The translations under genes and the position numbers were made by a program. From Obrimoposthia wandeli (Eukaryota): DNA of 64,000 nucleotides. The stretch is from NCBI GenBank assembly GCA_977020255.1, contig CDROCS010003291.1:62001-126000 (forward strand), read 5' to 3'. The notes under the pieces were generated by a model. That model did not search any database. It saw only the letters and a list, made by a program, of their open reading frames with translations, and was not told where the DNA came from. How positions within the stretch are numbered: position 1 is the stretch's first letter; each line of letters starts with the position of its first letter. Below are positions 52,801 through 64,000 of this stretch, one piece after another.

Positions 52801-55800
52801 TATTAGATTATCACCAAAATAAAATCCCTCGTACTCGATCGTAACCACCCATCTTCTTGCAAGTTGCTCAATTCCCGATAGGGGCTATTTCTTGGGCTGA
52901 GAGTTAAAATTTTCGACAATCCTCGATTTGATACCTCTAGCTTTAACTCTGACTGCAATAAGAGCTGAGGCATCAAGAGCATCAACAATAAATACCAATT
53001 CGTTTATCAGCCGCCTAAACTCCATATGTTGTGCCACTATGGTCCGAAGCTTCTGATTTCTTAGTTTTATGCATGATCGACATGATTAGAACTCTTATTT
53101 TTGTTCAGACATTTCTCTCAGATTTTCTAGTACAACATTTGCATTTAGTAACTGACATTACTACCGAAATCTTTGATGGTTTCTGGTAATTTCTTCAGAA
53201 CATCTCTAACGAATGAATAAAGTAGCCACTGCCTTAGAGAAGTGTGGCCGAGTAAAATTAAAATTTAATAAATTCCTCATTCTTCTCGTGACGCTTCATT
53301 TTATAAGGTCCACTTTAGTGCCTTGTGTTGAAATATCATTTCGCACAGAAGCAAATGCAGAAGTACGCTATCTGAAGTCTGCAACATTTTATGATTGAAA
53401 AAAATATAAAGCAAATATGCTTAAATAGATTTTAAAATTCAAACGACTTCACAAACATTTTCAACTTTCTAGTGTTTTCTGAAATATTTTCAAGGTTTAC
53501 TGGAGCAGTCTTTTGCGCATATCAGATATGATTTTAGAATTAATTTAATATGTAAGCGACACAGAGAAATATTTTAATATTAAACAAGTAAAACATTTTT
53601 CAGATTTTATTGTTCTGGATTTCGATTAGTTCTAGTTAGATCATTAATTTACAAAAACGTTCTATTTTCGATTTACTGTCACACAAATAAAACAACAAAA
53701 TTTAGTTGTAACCTTCAATGAAATGTATTACCTTTATGTAGGAGAACTGCCTTAACACTTGATACATTAACAACCAATCATTTTTAACACCAGACTTTAT
53801 TCTTAATTTCGTAAGTAAATCTGAAATGTTCCAGCAATATAAAATATTGCGACTGATATTATTTAAATATAATCACTACCTTGTCTGTAATATGTAAAGA
53901 TTTTTGGATCTGGAACCAGCTATATATGCATCATATTTTTTTTTAAATGAAGAGTTTGCAAACTTAACTAATGGATGTTGGCTTATCTTTTGCACTTTCC
54001 TACACATTTTTCAATAAATCTTCTGTTTGTTAAACAAATTGGTAGATCATGAAATGAGTCCTCTGTTTCATAGGGTTGTGGTCTGTTGTCGATATTAAAT
54101 TAGGATACTCAATATGCTTAGCTGTTTTCTTGTTGTAGTGTTTGTCAAAGAGAAATAACCGTATGTGAGATGGTCTTCTAATCACGCCAAGCCCGTTGTC
54201 CACATCTTTTGAATATCGTGTAATAAGCCAATGATTTATTTTGATCTACTAATCTCATCTTGTGGCGATACACTCTTTGTTGTTGCAATTTGACAACATT
54301 TACATTTCCTTCTTTCTTTATAATTGAGAAAAATTAAAACTTTATAATTTTGTTTGCCTATTAACATTTTATAAATATTTGTTAAAAATCTAGAAAAATT
54401 TCTCTTACATGCAGAGTGATTCTAGTCAAATTAGTTATTAATTAAAAGTTTTGTTATTAATTTATATTGTGACATTTTTTGAAACTTTAATTTTTGCTAT
54501 TGTAAAATTAATTAATATCTTAACTTTATAATATTTACAATCTAAAGTTAATAAATTTTGATATTTTAGATGCGTTCTCAAGCTGAGCACGAACTATGGC
54601 CAGAATTTAAACAAGCTAAATTTATTATCAAGATTTTACTGATTTGATGAACATTTCAAAAAATTCAGCTCAAGATGTTTATAAGAATTTAAAAGAGAAG
54701 AAAAAGAAGACGGTATTAAAAGAAATAATCAGTATACGAAAATAATTTGTTATAAAAAAGAAATTTCTGTTTTAAAATGTCAATGTAAGAAAGTTAATTC
54801 AACTAAATCGAAAATAAATTGTAGTACTTTTTTTAAAGAAAATGATATTAAAGTACTAAAGTGGAGCTCTTAAAGCCCTGGTTTATATATTGTAGTATAT
54901 TTTTAGTCAATTATATCTAGTATAGTATATGATGGAGCCTTTACTAGCTAGTTGCTTAGCTAAACGCATTTTACATAAATATTTTAAAAAACATTAAGAA
55001 AACGTGTTTTAGATGAACAAAAGAATGATAAAATGATTCAAGTTGTTCAAAATAGTATATGATGGAGCCAAATTTCAATCCTATAAATATTTAAGAAAAT
55101 CTATTAACAAAGGCAAAGTTGATTAAAAAAACGAAGAGTTGAATTCAAAGAGTATAGTATTGAATAAAAATAAGAATTACAAAGTTATTACTAAATTATA
55201 CGAAAATTTTAATTAATGTATGTGTCAAAACTGTTTCCATCTGTTTATTATGAATTGTGAATGTTTATGTCATTTTGATTTAAGCAGTTTTTTTGTTGAA
55301 AATTGTGGTAAAAATATAACGTTTGTATGTATAAAAATACCAATATTTACTTAATAAATTATAATATGTAAGGCTTTTAAAAAAAATGTTCAATAATATA
55401 CTTTATTTGACCAATTATAGAAATTACGCCTGGATTTGGTCGAAAAAATTGTATGAATTTCAGAAAAATATGTCAACCCTACAAATATTTACCTCAAATC
55501 TCTCATTTCCCTCAAGATGTTCATTGGGTTTCTGTTTCCTGAGTTGCATAAACGGTTTGGCCTCAATTGTCACCACCCTAACTGTCTTGTTTCGGATAAG
55601 GTCAAGGCTCAACGGATTCACGTACTGCTTCTTCATGCGCAAACCTCCGCCCCCCTGTGACCACTCCCCAATAAGACGAGGACCTTTGTTCACTTTCATC
55701 TTCATCACTCCCACAGAGAAGTTGGTGCGCAAGCCATTCCTCTCGAACTTGAGTGGTCCCGTCAGTGCAGTCTGAATAAGATCCTCCTTCACGATTTCGG

Positions 55801-58800
55801 CGACGATCAGCTCCCCGAAACTCGAATTTCGAACCTGAATTATTTTCATCCAATTCAAATATGTTCGATACATTGATTTTTAACCGCTTTTAACAATTAC
55901 TTAAATCGGTCGAATAAAAGGTTTAAAGGTTTTCAAAAGGTTTTAACCTATATGTGTGACACAATATTTTATTTTAGTTTATTATAACCCTTAGTCGTCA
56001 GGCAGATATACAGCTATGAAAGTTAACGTTCTTTTGCAGCTTGAAGGTAATTTTAATTTAATTTAATTGAGTTAAGGTAAGTCATCGACGATTAAGTTAA
56101 CAATTATATTAAAACAATTCAACCAAAAGCTAATATTTTATTACTCTGCATTTTTCTTTTTGTCAACTGATTTGAAAAGTTTGAATATATTATTCGGAGT
56201 GTATTAGTTAGTTTAGTTTCATCACTGATCTGTTAGATAATTAGTTGTAAATAAATAATAATTTATTCAACTTTTACTTTTTCTAAATTTACCTATTTAT
56301 GAAATTTAACTTTTTCAGTGTGGTTTATACAATGCTGTTTATGGAAAATAAATCTAACTAAAATGTAATTAAAACATTTATGGAAGATATAAAAGCAATT
56401 ACTGGTGTTATTAATGCAAAAATCTAAATTAAAACTTAAACTATCGTTTCATTTATATAAATATCATTTTTTAAATAATTTTCCTCTACTTATCTGTGCA
56501 CAAAATATTTAATTTATTTATTGTTTGTTTTCTGGTGTATGCTTATTTCAATTTTTTGTTTGTAGTTGATATAGTATTTATTTGCTTAAGAAGTCAGAAT
56601 AATTCGTTTATTTGAATGTTAAACTACATAAACCTAGAAACTTAAGATTTTTAATAATACAAATAAGACCATATAATAATAATAATATTTTAGAAATTAT
56701 ATAATTTTATTTTAAAGTAATAATAAATATATTTTGTTTAATTATATAACTTTATGTTAACTCTCAAAAACTTGATTTTACGTATATAAGGGTTTATTTT
56801 CTTTTCAGACTTGTTTTCAAATTTGCGTGATTCTTTTGTTATGATTACAAAATTTCAAAACGGACACACCTAAAAGCCAGTCCTAATTTTGGTACACTTT
56901 GTGTGTTCATGTCGACTGTAAATTAACCATACCGCATTTTCTTATTCAAAACCCATTGATAAATATCACAAAATTGTTAAATCAACCGAAATGCAAATTA
57001 TACAATATATATGGTCTTACAATTTAAAAATGTGGCACAATATTTTTTTTGCATAAATATTTTTTCCGAATTTGCCAATTTGAATATCTGTAGTTCCGAT
57101 TTTGCTAATTTGAATATCTGTAGTTCCAATTTTTTTTGCTATTCTGATATTTTTCTGATATAGCCGAGAATTAATTTCTCATTATATATTATTTTGTACT
57201 CACATCTCACTTCTCGCTTCTTGCGGCCTCTGAAGATGGTAGATGCTGGCTGCGACTCGAAGTATTCCTGTCTGAGTGCTTCTTCACAAACTAATGTAGT
57301 CTGAGTTCCACGACTAATAAGTTCCAGTCCTTCTTACCTAACTAAATCTGAACTTCTTTTTCAAAATCCATTCATCCTCCCCACTAGATTTATCTTCCTT
57401 GGCTCCTTCTCGCTCTGTTCTACTCATTCCACATACATTTCCTCACGACCTTTTCAAGGTCCTAATTTATTTTAATTCGATATTTTATTTTAAAATCAAT
57501 TTATTTTTAATTTTCTATTTAAATTCATTCTGACCTTTGATTTTAAATTTAAATTTTTTTAATATAAATAATTTTTTTATTTATCTTATTCAATGTTCCT
57601 TAATCTAACAGCATTTTAAATTAGATTACAAGACTGTATTATAGATGTGTTTACTTTTTAAAATGATTTTTTAAATAAATGTTTGATGTTTCTATTTCAA
57701 TGTTCAAAATTTGTTTCTTTTTCTATTTGTAAGAACATTTATTAAAGACTGAAATGAAGTTAAGAGTACTTAAAATTTTGTATTTCTCCTCAGAAAATCT
57801 AAAATGTCAACTTTTACAAAGCTGGAAGGCCTGTAGGTGGGTCTGAAAGTAATAAGAACAAAATCCTAACTTTTTGTCAATTTGATTGAAAATATATTTG
57901 TACTCCTTGCGATTCTTTATTATATATGTTTTAAAAAGAGGATTTTATCTTTAAATCAAATGGGATCTCTTTTTGCTGGAGTACCAAACCCTTGCTGAAA
58001 CATGAAACTGACGTCACAGTAAAATAAAGAAGACTTTAATCTATTTTTTGTTGTTAAAATAATAAGATGTTTTCAAACAAATTTATAATTTTAAAAAAAT
58101 GTTACCAGTGTATGGTAATTCATCTTAAAACCGTAATATCTATTTGCTCGGCAGGTCTTCAAGAACTTGAAGCATGTTCTGTTGTATCCCTCTGCTTATG
58201 ACGATTGAGGATATCGCACGCGTTTGGTTTGCAATGCCCAATCTGAAGAATATTTGAATATTTGAGTGTTCCGGATAATTTATTTGATACTCTACAATGA
58301 TATCTCTTTTTGCTTATCTGAGAGCAAGTATCCGAACTTGAAAAAAAATCCGATTTCCGTGCAAGGTCTCTAAAACTCCAGTTATTGCCAAAGATTCGTC
58401 AAAGATTATAATATCAGTCCTATGATTCGAAACAAAAACTCAAAAGTTGTCCACATTTCCACACATTCTAACCAATGTTTTGTTCACATTTGAAAGCTTT
58501 CCAAGTTTAGAACTTTTTTGAAAGAGTCAAAAACACAACATCAAAAACGTGACCTGAAATCTTTTTATCTCTCTATATATAATGTACAGATATAATACTT
58601 AAACTATCTCTACAGGGCTTTATTCGTGTGTGTATAGTTGTTTGACCATTTGGGCATTGTGAAATTAGCCAGATATGTTGACATCGATTTATTGAAGTTA
58701 TGTGTTGCTGTTGAAGTGAATGAGTAGTGAAACATCATGAAAAACGCTTATGAAGTAAATGACTTTCTATAATTTATGCTAAAGGTTTCATAATAAACAT

Positions 58801-59250
58801 AATCAGAATATCTTCCGATGTGCCACTTTCTGGGGCATTTTTCTGTCAATATTTTTTTTATCAATATTTTTTATGCTACAGTCAAAAATCAGGAGATGTC
58901 TTATCGGGGGACCGTAAATACCAACCAAGTAGCCAACTTCGACCTTCGGCTATTAAATGAAATCTGAGCGTTCTGTTTCGAATACTTACCGTGACTGTGA
59001 TAAGACTTTCCATACCAACCTCGTACTGCCGGTTCTGGTATCCTATCAGTCGCCGGCGGTTGGGGGACCTCACAGTGTAGCAGTTGACGTTGTTTCGCTC
59101 CTCTAGGTACCGGATGAAGCGTTGTCTGGACCGTGGCTGCTCCAGAATTCGGTCTACTGCCCGCGTGAAAACACTCACTGCGTCGAGCATCAATGCAGCT
59201 TCCAGTGGCAACAGAGGCATATCCACTCCGGATTCGACACCGGCAGCGGT
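37474..59250 (-). CDS. Ionotropic glutamate receptor, AMPA/kainate-like; partial multi-exon gene (4 exons visible: ATD end, S1, M1, M2)
   Basis: Four GC-richer exons with GT-AG boundaries splice in frame (all phase 0) into ...ERFE|GFCVDLL...[48 protein letters not shown]...FSFLRPL...PYEW...FTFFNCVWFSIAAFVQQ. This is the typical iGluR S1-M1-M2 sequence. Confidence 0.95.
39680..40340 (+). mobile_element. Mariner (DD34D) transposase relic, internally deleted
   Basis: WVSRIKEG, GLGVATVHKIL, YITIPGQK..W..G...K..PSAGKVIISVFCD, and a degenerate PPYSPDL..FFSHLK region. Confidence 0.8.
40960..41166 (-). pseudogene. Polinton minor capsid gene, 3' part beyond the LTR insertion
   Basis: Removing the LTR and one CATG rejoins ...ASNTPTLSNA|CNEIYTYTSLIEPIILGAIRVPLFKSIW, matching the family motif (L/I)YVY.DIIEP..VGD...PLLR. 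The end coordinate is approximate. Confidence 0.75.
41318..41353 (+). promoter_or_regulatory. LTR promoter: GACC-N6-GGTCGTGT motif followed by a TATA box
   Basis: The same arrangement recurs at 21910-21945 and 23121-23158, and the motif also occurs at 57447-57461 (minus strand). Confidence 0.55.
41975..42130 (+). repeat. Tandem repeat, 33-bp unit x ~5, inside the solo LTR
   Basis: AGTTTAAAGTAAAAGAAAGTTATATCCTTTATT-like units. These explain the repetitive ORF 41949-42131. Confidence 0.88.
42661..43441 (-). pseudogene. Polinton minor capsid (penton-like) gene, 5' part
   Basis: DFYMVLPSN..PDN..SKF..L..PI.L.G.WE..L.E is the conserved N-terminus of the Polinton/adintovirus minor capsid protein. 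SLATIIGF follows further on. The gene is interrupted by a solo LTR at 42660. Confidence 0.8.
43430..44402 (-). pseudogene. Polinton retroviral-like (rve) integrase with C-terminal chromodomain
   Basis: WFDPKHSTGYAG..KWL, QLDLMEM, KYILTC, IQTDEGKEF, AALFERFTRTLR, WIDVLPKI, KPKYKI and YLVKWHGY across frameshifted segments. Confidence 0.9.
44540..44900 (-). pseudogene. Small conserved Polinton protein with Q(S/T)GG-hydrophobic motif
   Basis: MAFKMVVVP...KRKIFIQQSGGILSIIAPILA, lying between the ATPase and integrase as is commonly seen in Mavericks; internal stops. Confidence 0.55.
44920..45530 (-). pseudogene. Packaging ATPase (A32/FtsK-HerA type) of the Polinton
   Basis: Walker A GPSGSGKT, Walker B VIVVDDL, downstream YLVLFKNPRD and GYLFIDF; internal stop after EANK. 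Confidence 0.9.
46100..46503 (-). pseudogene. TATA-binding-protein (TBP)-like gene inside the Polinton; one frameshift near the 5' end
   Basis: Two TBP-like repeats: ITNINYKG...TIMIFKTGRCRIMGCK and KIQYITIAINL...MYKPELFPALQLIKFNPLCVNLFSTGKTIILGIKS. Compare TBP LIFSSGKMVCTGAKS and SYEPELFPGLIYRM.KP..VLLIFVSGKVVLTGAK. Confidence 0.8.
46753..46992 (+). CDS. Small putative zinc-finger protein (79 aa) of the Polinton
   Basis: Open ATG-initiated frame MKLYYRLRHNG..YVCPHC-x14-HKNHLC with a basic C-terminus. It is divergent from the TBP-like gene and overlaps the pPolB start. Confidence 0.5.
   Translation: MKLYYRLRHNGTNYYVCPHCNIFTIVNYENFYKLHKNHLCDFKRKKCSYAPIGKPSLKRKNIYPALICLLNTYVRLVLE
46953..50139 (+). 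pseudogene. Protein-primed family B DNA polymerase (pPolB) with N-terminal region and endonuclease VII-like domain; many stops and frameshifts
   Basis: Fragments include CYLC..IRDHD, LRFIDSYQFM, KGIFPY, LKLDLCLLADVFEAFR, LDPVHFFSAPGLSW, YIDVNNLYGWALSQQLP, PIYIGQAILDLSKLRMY, DTDS, and DDKR..TYGHY* ending at 50139. Confidence 0.93.
50460..50950 (-). pseudogene. Polinton accessory ORF of unknown function, disrupted
   Basis: 92-aa charged open frame (50460-50738) with an upstream frameshifted segment; convergent with pPolB and next to the terminus. Confidence 0.4.
51060..51225 (-). repeat. Right terminal (TIR) region of the Polinton
   Basis: Ends in ...ctatctact, which is AGTAGATAG on the minus strand. 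Contains a G-rich tract and several palindromes. No matching left TIR was found. Confidence 0.6.
51335..52431 (+). mobile_element. Tc1 (DD34E) element with TIRs
   Basis: TIRs (C)TGTCCCAAAATT / AATTTTGGGACACAGTG-TA; ISKSTVQRIM HTH; FQQNNATPHVSKSTKQWL..DWPANSPDLN. Confidence 0.85.
52482..52688 (-). CDS. iGluR exon (S1 ligand-binding lobe, 69 codons)
   Basis: Acceptor ggtcag|GGA, donor AAG|gttagt. Encodes GFCVDLL...YEIHLVRDNNFGA...WNGMIGEL...[16 protein letters not shown]. Confidence 0.95.
52820..53400 (-). mobile_element. Gypsy-type integrase relic
   Basis: LGHTSLRQ..YSFVRDV..TIKDF...CLNKNKSSNH..FGP.WH resembles the HHCC zinc domain and start of the rve core. Confidence 0.5.
54050..54310 (-). 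mobile_element. DNA transposon relic with WRE.KDH..DCYFC / IEYPNL motifs (probably CMC-Chapaev3-like)
   Basis: Frameshifted WRD.K/DHLTYGYFSLT followed by KTAKHIEYPNLIS...P. The superfamily name is from recollection. Confidence 0.5.
55493..55834 (-). CDS. iGluR exon (ATD end to start of S1, 114 codons)
   Basis: Acceptor attcag|GTT, donor GAG|gtaaat. Contains LTGPLKFERNGLRTNF, IGEW and RVVTIEAKPFMQLRK...GNERFE. Confidence 0.93.
57190..57610 (-). mobile_element. LTR 5' (U3) fragment of the same family
   Basis: Minus strand starts TGTTAGATTAAGG at 57610, followed by an AT-rich block and GGACCTTGAAAAGGTCGTG (compare GGACCTTGAGAGGTCGTG at 41317). Confidence 0.65.
58990..59250 (-). CDS. iGluR exon (amino-terminal domain, 87 codons)
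   Basis: Acceptor ttttccag|ACC, donor ACG|gtaagt. LEAALMLDAVSVFTRAV resembles the GluA ATD segment SALTYDAVQVMTEAF. Confidence 0.85.
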
Positions 59251-59479
59251 CTGGAAAATTAAAAAAAGGTAAAAATAACCCTTAATTATTTTTTTCAATT
59301 CTAAAAAAACAGAAAAATTTACCCCGACATTGACAGGTTTGCTATCTTTCAAAGTTCATGAAATCTACGTTAGACTCTCGTATATTGCGTCCTAATATAA
59401 ATAAATTTAATTTTAGGTTAAAGAAATTAGGCGACTTGAATTATTTTTCCTACATTTGTTTTATACAAAACATAAGTTT

Positions 59480-60140
59480 GAAATGGAGTTAGATGAGCTA
59501 TTTAAAGAAGTGTTAAAAATTATTGGAAGATCTTACAGTAATGATCAGAATGTAATTAACTTTTTCTGACATAATCTTATACAGTATAGAAGCAAAACAT
59601 TACAAGCCAATTTATTCCCAAGAACTTGTAGAAGGTGACACTGATAGACTACTGCAGTTTGTTGAACAGTTGAAAACAAGATTTGATCATGGTCATCCAT
59701 TCCTCCGGAAACTAACATCAAGTGATGAGTTCATCTCAACAGCAATGTAAATAAGCACAATGTAAATCACTGAGCTTTTGAAAATCCAAACATAAGACAC
59801 TGCACCAAAGGTGGTAAAACGTCAAGTGTTACAGTTTGAGCATTAACTGGCTGAAGGGGTTTATTCGACTTTTATTTATTGGACAAGATGGGGCTCTACT
59901 GCAGTATGCACTTGCTGCAAGGGACCTTTTGAACTTTAAGCTACCCAACCGATGAACTGGCCGATACAGAGGACCGATAAGGCGATCAAATTTACACTCC
60001 AGGTAGAATATTTCAGTCGCTGAAAGATAAAATCGCTGCTGAAATACAAATAATTTCATCTAGTTTGTTTGCTAATGCTTTTCAAAGTATACCTGAAAGA
60101 TTAGATCTATGATATGAAAATAATGGGTTTCATTTTGAAT
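59480..60140 (+). mobile_element. Tc1/mariner rosa/maT-like transposase relic
   Basis: YK...QEL...D.DRL.F, SSDEFHLN.NVNKHN...ENP, QDGA..YA..ARDLLN.K.PNR..GR, and PERLDL.YENNG.HFE. Confidence 0.8.
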
Positions 60141-61659
60141 AAATTTATATCTTATGAATGTTATTTTTATGCAATATATATATATGTATATATTTAAAAG
60201 AATTTTAGTAATTTTATCCTTTTTCAGTCAAAAGACTTTAGACTCCCATGGGCAAGTACACGTAATATCAAAATAATATCTGTATTTTTCATAACAGTTG
60301 AATTTTATTAAATAAGTTTCTGACTTGGCATTTGAATTATAGACTTGATGTTTGCTTCACTTAACCTGTATTAGAAAAAATTTCGGGGAAATAAAACAAT
60401 TCCATTTAATATTAATTACAAGTAAATTTTATTATTAATCTGTGTATTAATGTCTTCAAAGTCAAAAAGGCTAAAATTATTTTTCACAACATTTTCTTAT
60501 TAATTTTATTTTACGAAAAATAAATTTTTTTAGATCAAGCAATAAAATACTGATATTCGTTTACTGATACTTCCCATTAAGTTAATTGAAAGAGAATATA
60601 CTAAAATAACATACATGCAAAATATTATTGTACAATTTTTTTATAATTGTACAAATTTAATACCCTTATAATAATACTATTTTAATCTTATATTCAATTT
60701 TGTATATTTTTCAAGGAATTATCTGCAATTCTCACAAGAAAATAGAGAAAATATTATAAAAAGAATGCTGGATTACTGATCATACTGACATATTTTGCAT
60801 ATAAAAAGATAATGGTAAACTATTATACTCTTTCAAAGCTTTTCTGTGCGAGCCAAAATAAGTTAATATTTCGACAAATGAAACATGAGAAAAGCATGAG
60901 ACTTAATATAAATATTTTATCGAAAAGATTAGAAATTATAAAGGATTTTCAGTAAAAAAAAATCCAAAATATACATAAGCATATATAATTAAATATATCT
61001 TGTGAAAAATCTGAAATTTTGAGAAAAAATTGTTCTTACCATATAATTTATAATAAAATTTAAAATATTTTGTTTTAAATGAGTTCTAAATTATATAAAT
61101 CCAAAATTTATATGTAAGAATTTAAAATTACTAAATTTATTTTAAATAACACGTGAAATTTCACTTGAATTTCTATAAACGATTTCTATTTATTATTTCA
61201 GTTTTTACAATGTACTTTATTATATATTTTATTTTTTGAATTTTAAATGTATTCGAGATCAAATTTTTATAATAAATTTATAGATATTTTAAGTTTTTTT
61301 AGAATTTTAGAATCAGTCAAACAAAATAGAAAATAACACTCAACATTTATTATAAAACATAATAAGTGAAAATGTCTCTCAGGAAACAATACATTTTGAA
61401 CAAAATATAAATCAAGTTGTCCTCACCCAGATATCAAGCTCTCTATATTAAGATACGTTATTTTCAAACCAAAGCATCCATATGTTTTCTATACGATTTT
61501 GGAAGGGAAATAAGCCGGTCAGTCTAATGTACATGTTTATCATTACACACTGTTTTGACGAATCAAAAACATGCCAGGTGGGATTATCTTACTCCTAAAT
61601 ATATCGATTAGTTTGAATTTTTAGAGCTAACTCTGTCATAATATCTTTATACTTTTTGC

Positions 61660-61910
61660 TGTCTAAAGTACCTTGAACAAAACTGTAGTTCCAGGGGCAC
61701 ACTTTTGCTAAGAAAAGTAATGCGATTCTTTACAGACTTTGTCCTTATCCTCTATCTGGACCATATAATGTAAATATTTCTTTATCAGAAAATAACAAAC
61801 AATCCTTTTAATTATATTTTTTGAAAGTTTTTCTCTTTTTTTTTTATATTTGATAAGTCTTGGACTCCTTTTTAAGTTTTCAAATTGACAATAAGTATTT
61901 TCCACCACTC
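61660..61910 (-). mobile_element. Possible piggyBac C-terminal cysteine-rich domain relic
   Basis: KDKVCKESHYF..KC.P...FK, similar in pattern to the piggyBac CRD; degenerate. Confidence 0.35.
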
Positions 61911-63329
61911 TACAAATAGTTAACAGACTAATTTTTCCAAGTATTTATTCGATGACTCTCGTAGACATTTGCTTTGAGCTGACTAATTTCTTAATAGCTC
62001 AAACGTCTCTGATAGATTTTTCTAGACCAACATTTAGCTTTTTTTACTGTACATATGACGACCTTAAAGGTCTTTAGACCTTTGAAACTTCTACTTATCG
62101 AGCTGGCGATTTGATGAATACTTCTAAGGATGAACACTGATGAACATGTTTTTTTGTAAAGCGTAAAATTTGGTGTGGAATTTAAATATACAGTCCGTTT
62201 TACTATCACATACGATGAAAATTACATTCATTATTTGTATTTACTTTTAATCCTATTTCCAATTACATTTACCAATACATTTTTAGAAGTTATTTTCTGT
62301 GATCACGAAAAGTGATGGGCTCTAATATGACTTCAAAGTTGTTCAAATCGGTTAATATGCAATAGGATGCTCTTTTTTGTTTAAAGGATGAAATTCAATA
62401 ATCAAATTCAATATCCAGATTTAGAAACAGCCATAGACCACAGCCATATGGGTCTGAAACTCCTGTACCATTGTATCAGACATTTGCATATCAAAATGAT
62501 TGTACAGTAATAGCCCCCAAGCAATCACAACGAACCAGAAAGTGTGCTTTAACTTATCCAGCAAAGCTGTCTCGATGATTTAGAGCGTGTCTTGGGGTTG
62601 TCTACAGTAAAATCTCAGATTATAAGATCTAAATTTATACTAGATAAACCTAAATTCTATTATTCAAAAGTGTATCCAATTATTTTTCGTAATATTTTAT
62701 TAATATTAAAGTCTGTAGCGTCTTCCTGAATCTTTCATAATTCTTAGAGTTTCTTATATCCATCAGTAAAATGTTGTAAAGATTCGGAGCATAAATTTTC
62801 AAATATTCCATCACTTTGTCTGTTATTTGAGAATTGCTTGATCAATCTGCAGTCATCATCGTTGCTCCTAAGATGCATATACATACTCACTGTACCAGGC
62901 TCGAGAAGGCTGTATAAATATTTTGGCTTTTAGAGGATAATAAAATTTTCATAATATGAAAGTTCCTGTATTTAATTTTAGAACTGATCGGTAGCTTCAT
63001 TAAATGTTAACTTGAACTAGCAATTTTTAAAACTTGCATATAAGGATTAAATTGATAGATCAGAATATATACAAAAAGAATTTTGAATTTTTTTTATTTA
63101 TTTCAGTAGTCTGATATTTTTATCAGTTTTTTGGAATTATGTCTCATGTTCTTATCAATTTATTAATTTAACAATTCATTTTTATGTCCTTCATAATACT
63201 TTTTAAATGACCGAAAATTCTGGATAAAAAGTTTGATATTATGGTTTCTAAATACAATGAACAATAACAAAGGGAACATAACCAAACGTTAATTATACAT
63301 TAAATTTACATAAAATTATGATTCAGTTT

Positions 63330-63720
63330 CATAGGTAAAATCATGGAAGTTTTCGTCTTTTGTGTCTGAATGAAACCCCCAACCAGATTATGTGGAATTG
63401 AGTCAACTATCTTGGTATCAGCTTCAATCTCACTACTCTCCATTTGAATTTATTCGGCAATAACTCCTGTCTTCTTAAACCCGTTTTCTATATATGGAGT
63501 TTCATGCCCTCCTTACTTATAACATCCATTTTATGACCTCCGTTTTTGTTGGAGTTAAACTGTGTTCACCAATCATAATCCAGTACTCCTAGATATTTCT
63601 TAAAGGTGCTTTCAATGTCTTATTCACGGATTTTTCTGACTACAGCACTTTTGTTATACCTCCCAGCATTAAAGCTAGAATATATTTCTCAAATTTGGTC
63701 TTTCTTTGACTGGTTGGGTT
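63330..63720 (-). mobile_element. Reverse-transcriptase relic (Gypsy-like)
   Basis: Degenerate frame containing KYLG, with many stops. Confidence 0.3.
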
Positions 63721-64000
63721 AAATGTGATTTATCCTATAACAACTGTCAAACAACTGACAGAAACTTTGACCTATTTTATCTAAAGTAATACTCAATTCG
63801 TTTGGGGTGAGCTAGGCTGCCTAATCTAATTTAGAGACCTTGCTATTTATTAAAAAATGAGTTAAAATTTGGCATACTAAAATTCACACATTGAAATTTG
63901 ATGTTCTCGGGCTAAGATATCGTGCAAAATATTGTTTAATATATATGATAACCCATGTTTTGCCATTTCTGTTTGTAAATGTTCAGTTTTGCGAATGATA

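Noticed and set aside
55386-55853. ORFs 55386-55775 (+) and 55602-55853 (-)
   Set aside because: Shadows of the iGluR exon 55493-55834.
59084-59272. ORF on the + strand
   Set aside because: Antisense shadow of the iGluR exon 58990-59250.
1-64000. tRNA, rRNA and most short (60-100 aa) ORFs in the track
   Set aside because: No cloverleaf or rRNA-like sequence was recognised. The remaining ORFs are low-complexity F/I/L/K/N-rich frames expected by chance in AT-rich DNA.

Overview
AT-rich animal (metazoan) genomic DNA; the species cannot be identified from the sequence. The only host gene I can support is an AMPA/kainate-type ionotropic glutamate receptor on the minus strand. Four exons are visible (58990-59250, 55493-55834, 52482-52688, 37474-37845), covering the end of the ATD, S1, M1 and M2. 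The M3/S2/M4 exons were not found in the 37 kb downstream, and no N-terminal exons were seen. The rest is intron or intergenic DNA full of decayed mobile elements. The 14.6 kb intron 37846-52481 holds a truncated, pseudogenised Polinton/Maverick (adintovirus-like) endogenous virus with pPolB, packaging ATPase, integrase, minor capsid and one terminus. This element carries an unexpected TATA-binding-protein-like gene next to a small zinc-finger ORF. A family of long Gypsy-type LTRs (TGTTAG...CCCCAACA, 4-bp target-site duplications) is present as two complete solo units and several fragments. These LTRs contain predicted 41-52 nt spliceosomal introns, tandem arrays and a terminal hairpin, and one copy has a CRISPR-like array of 12 palindromic repeats with unique spacers. 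Relics of Tc1, mariner, rosa-like, Tigger/pogo, Gypsy pol and, less certainly, piggyBac, MULE, Chapaev and Academ elements are scattered throughout. All family assignments come from recognising motifs by eye, with no database search.
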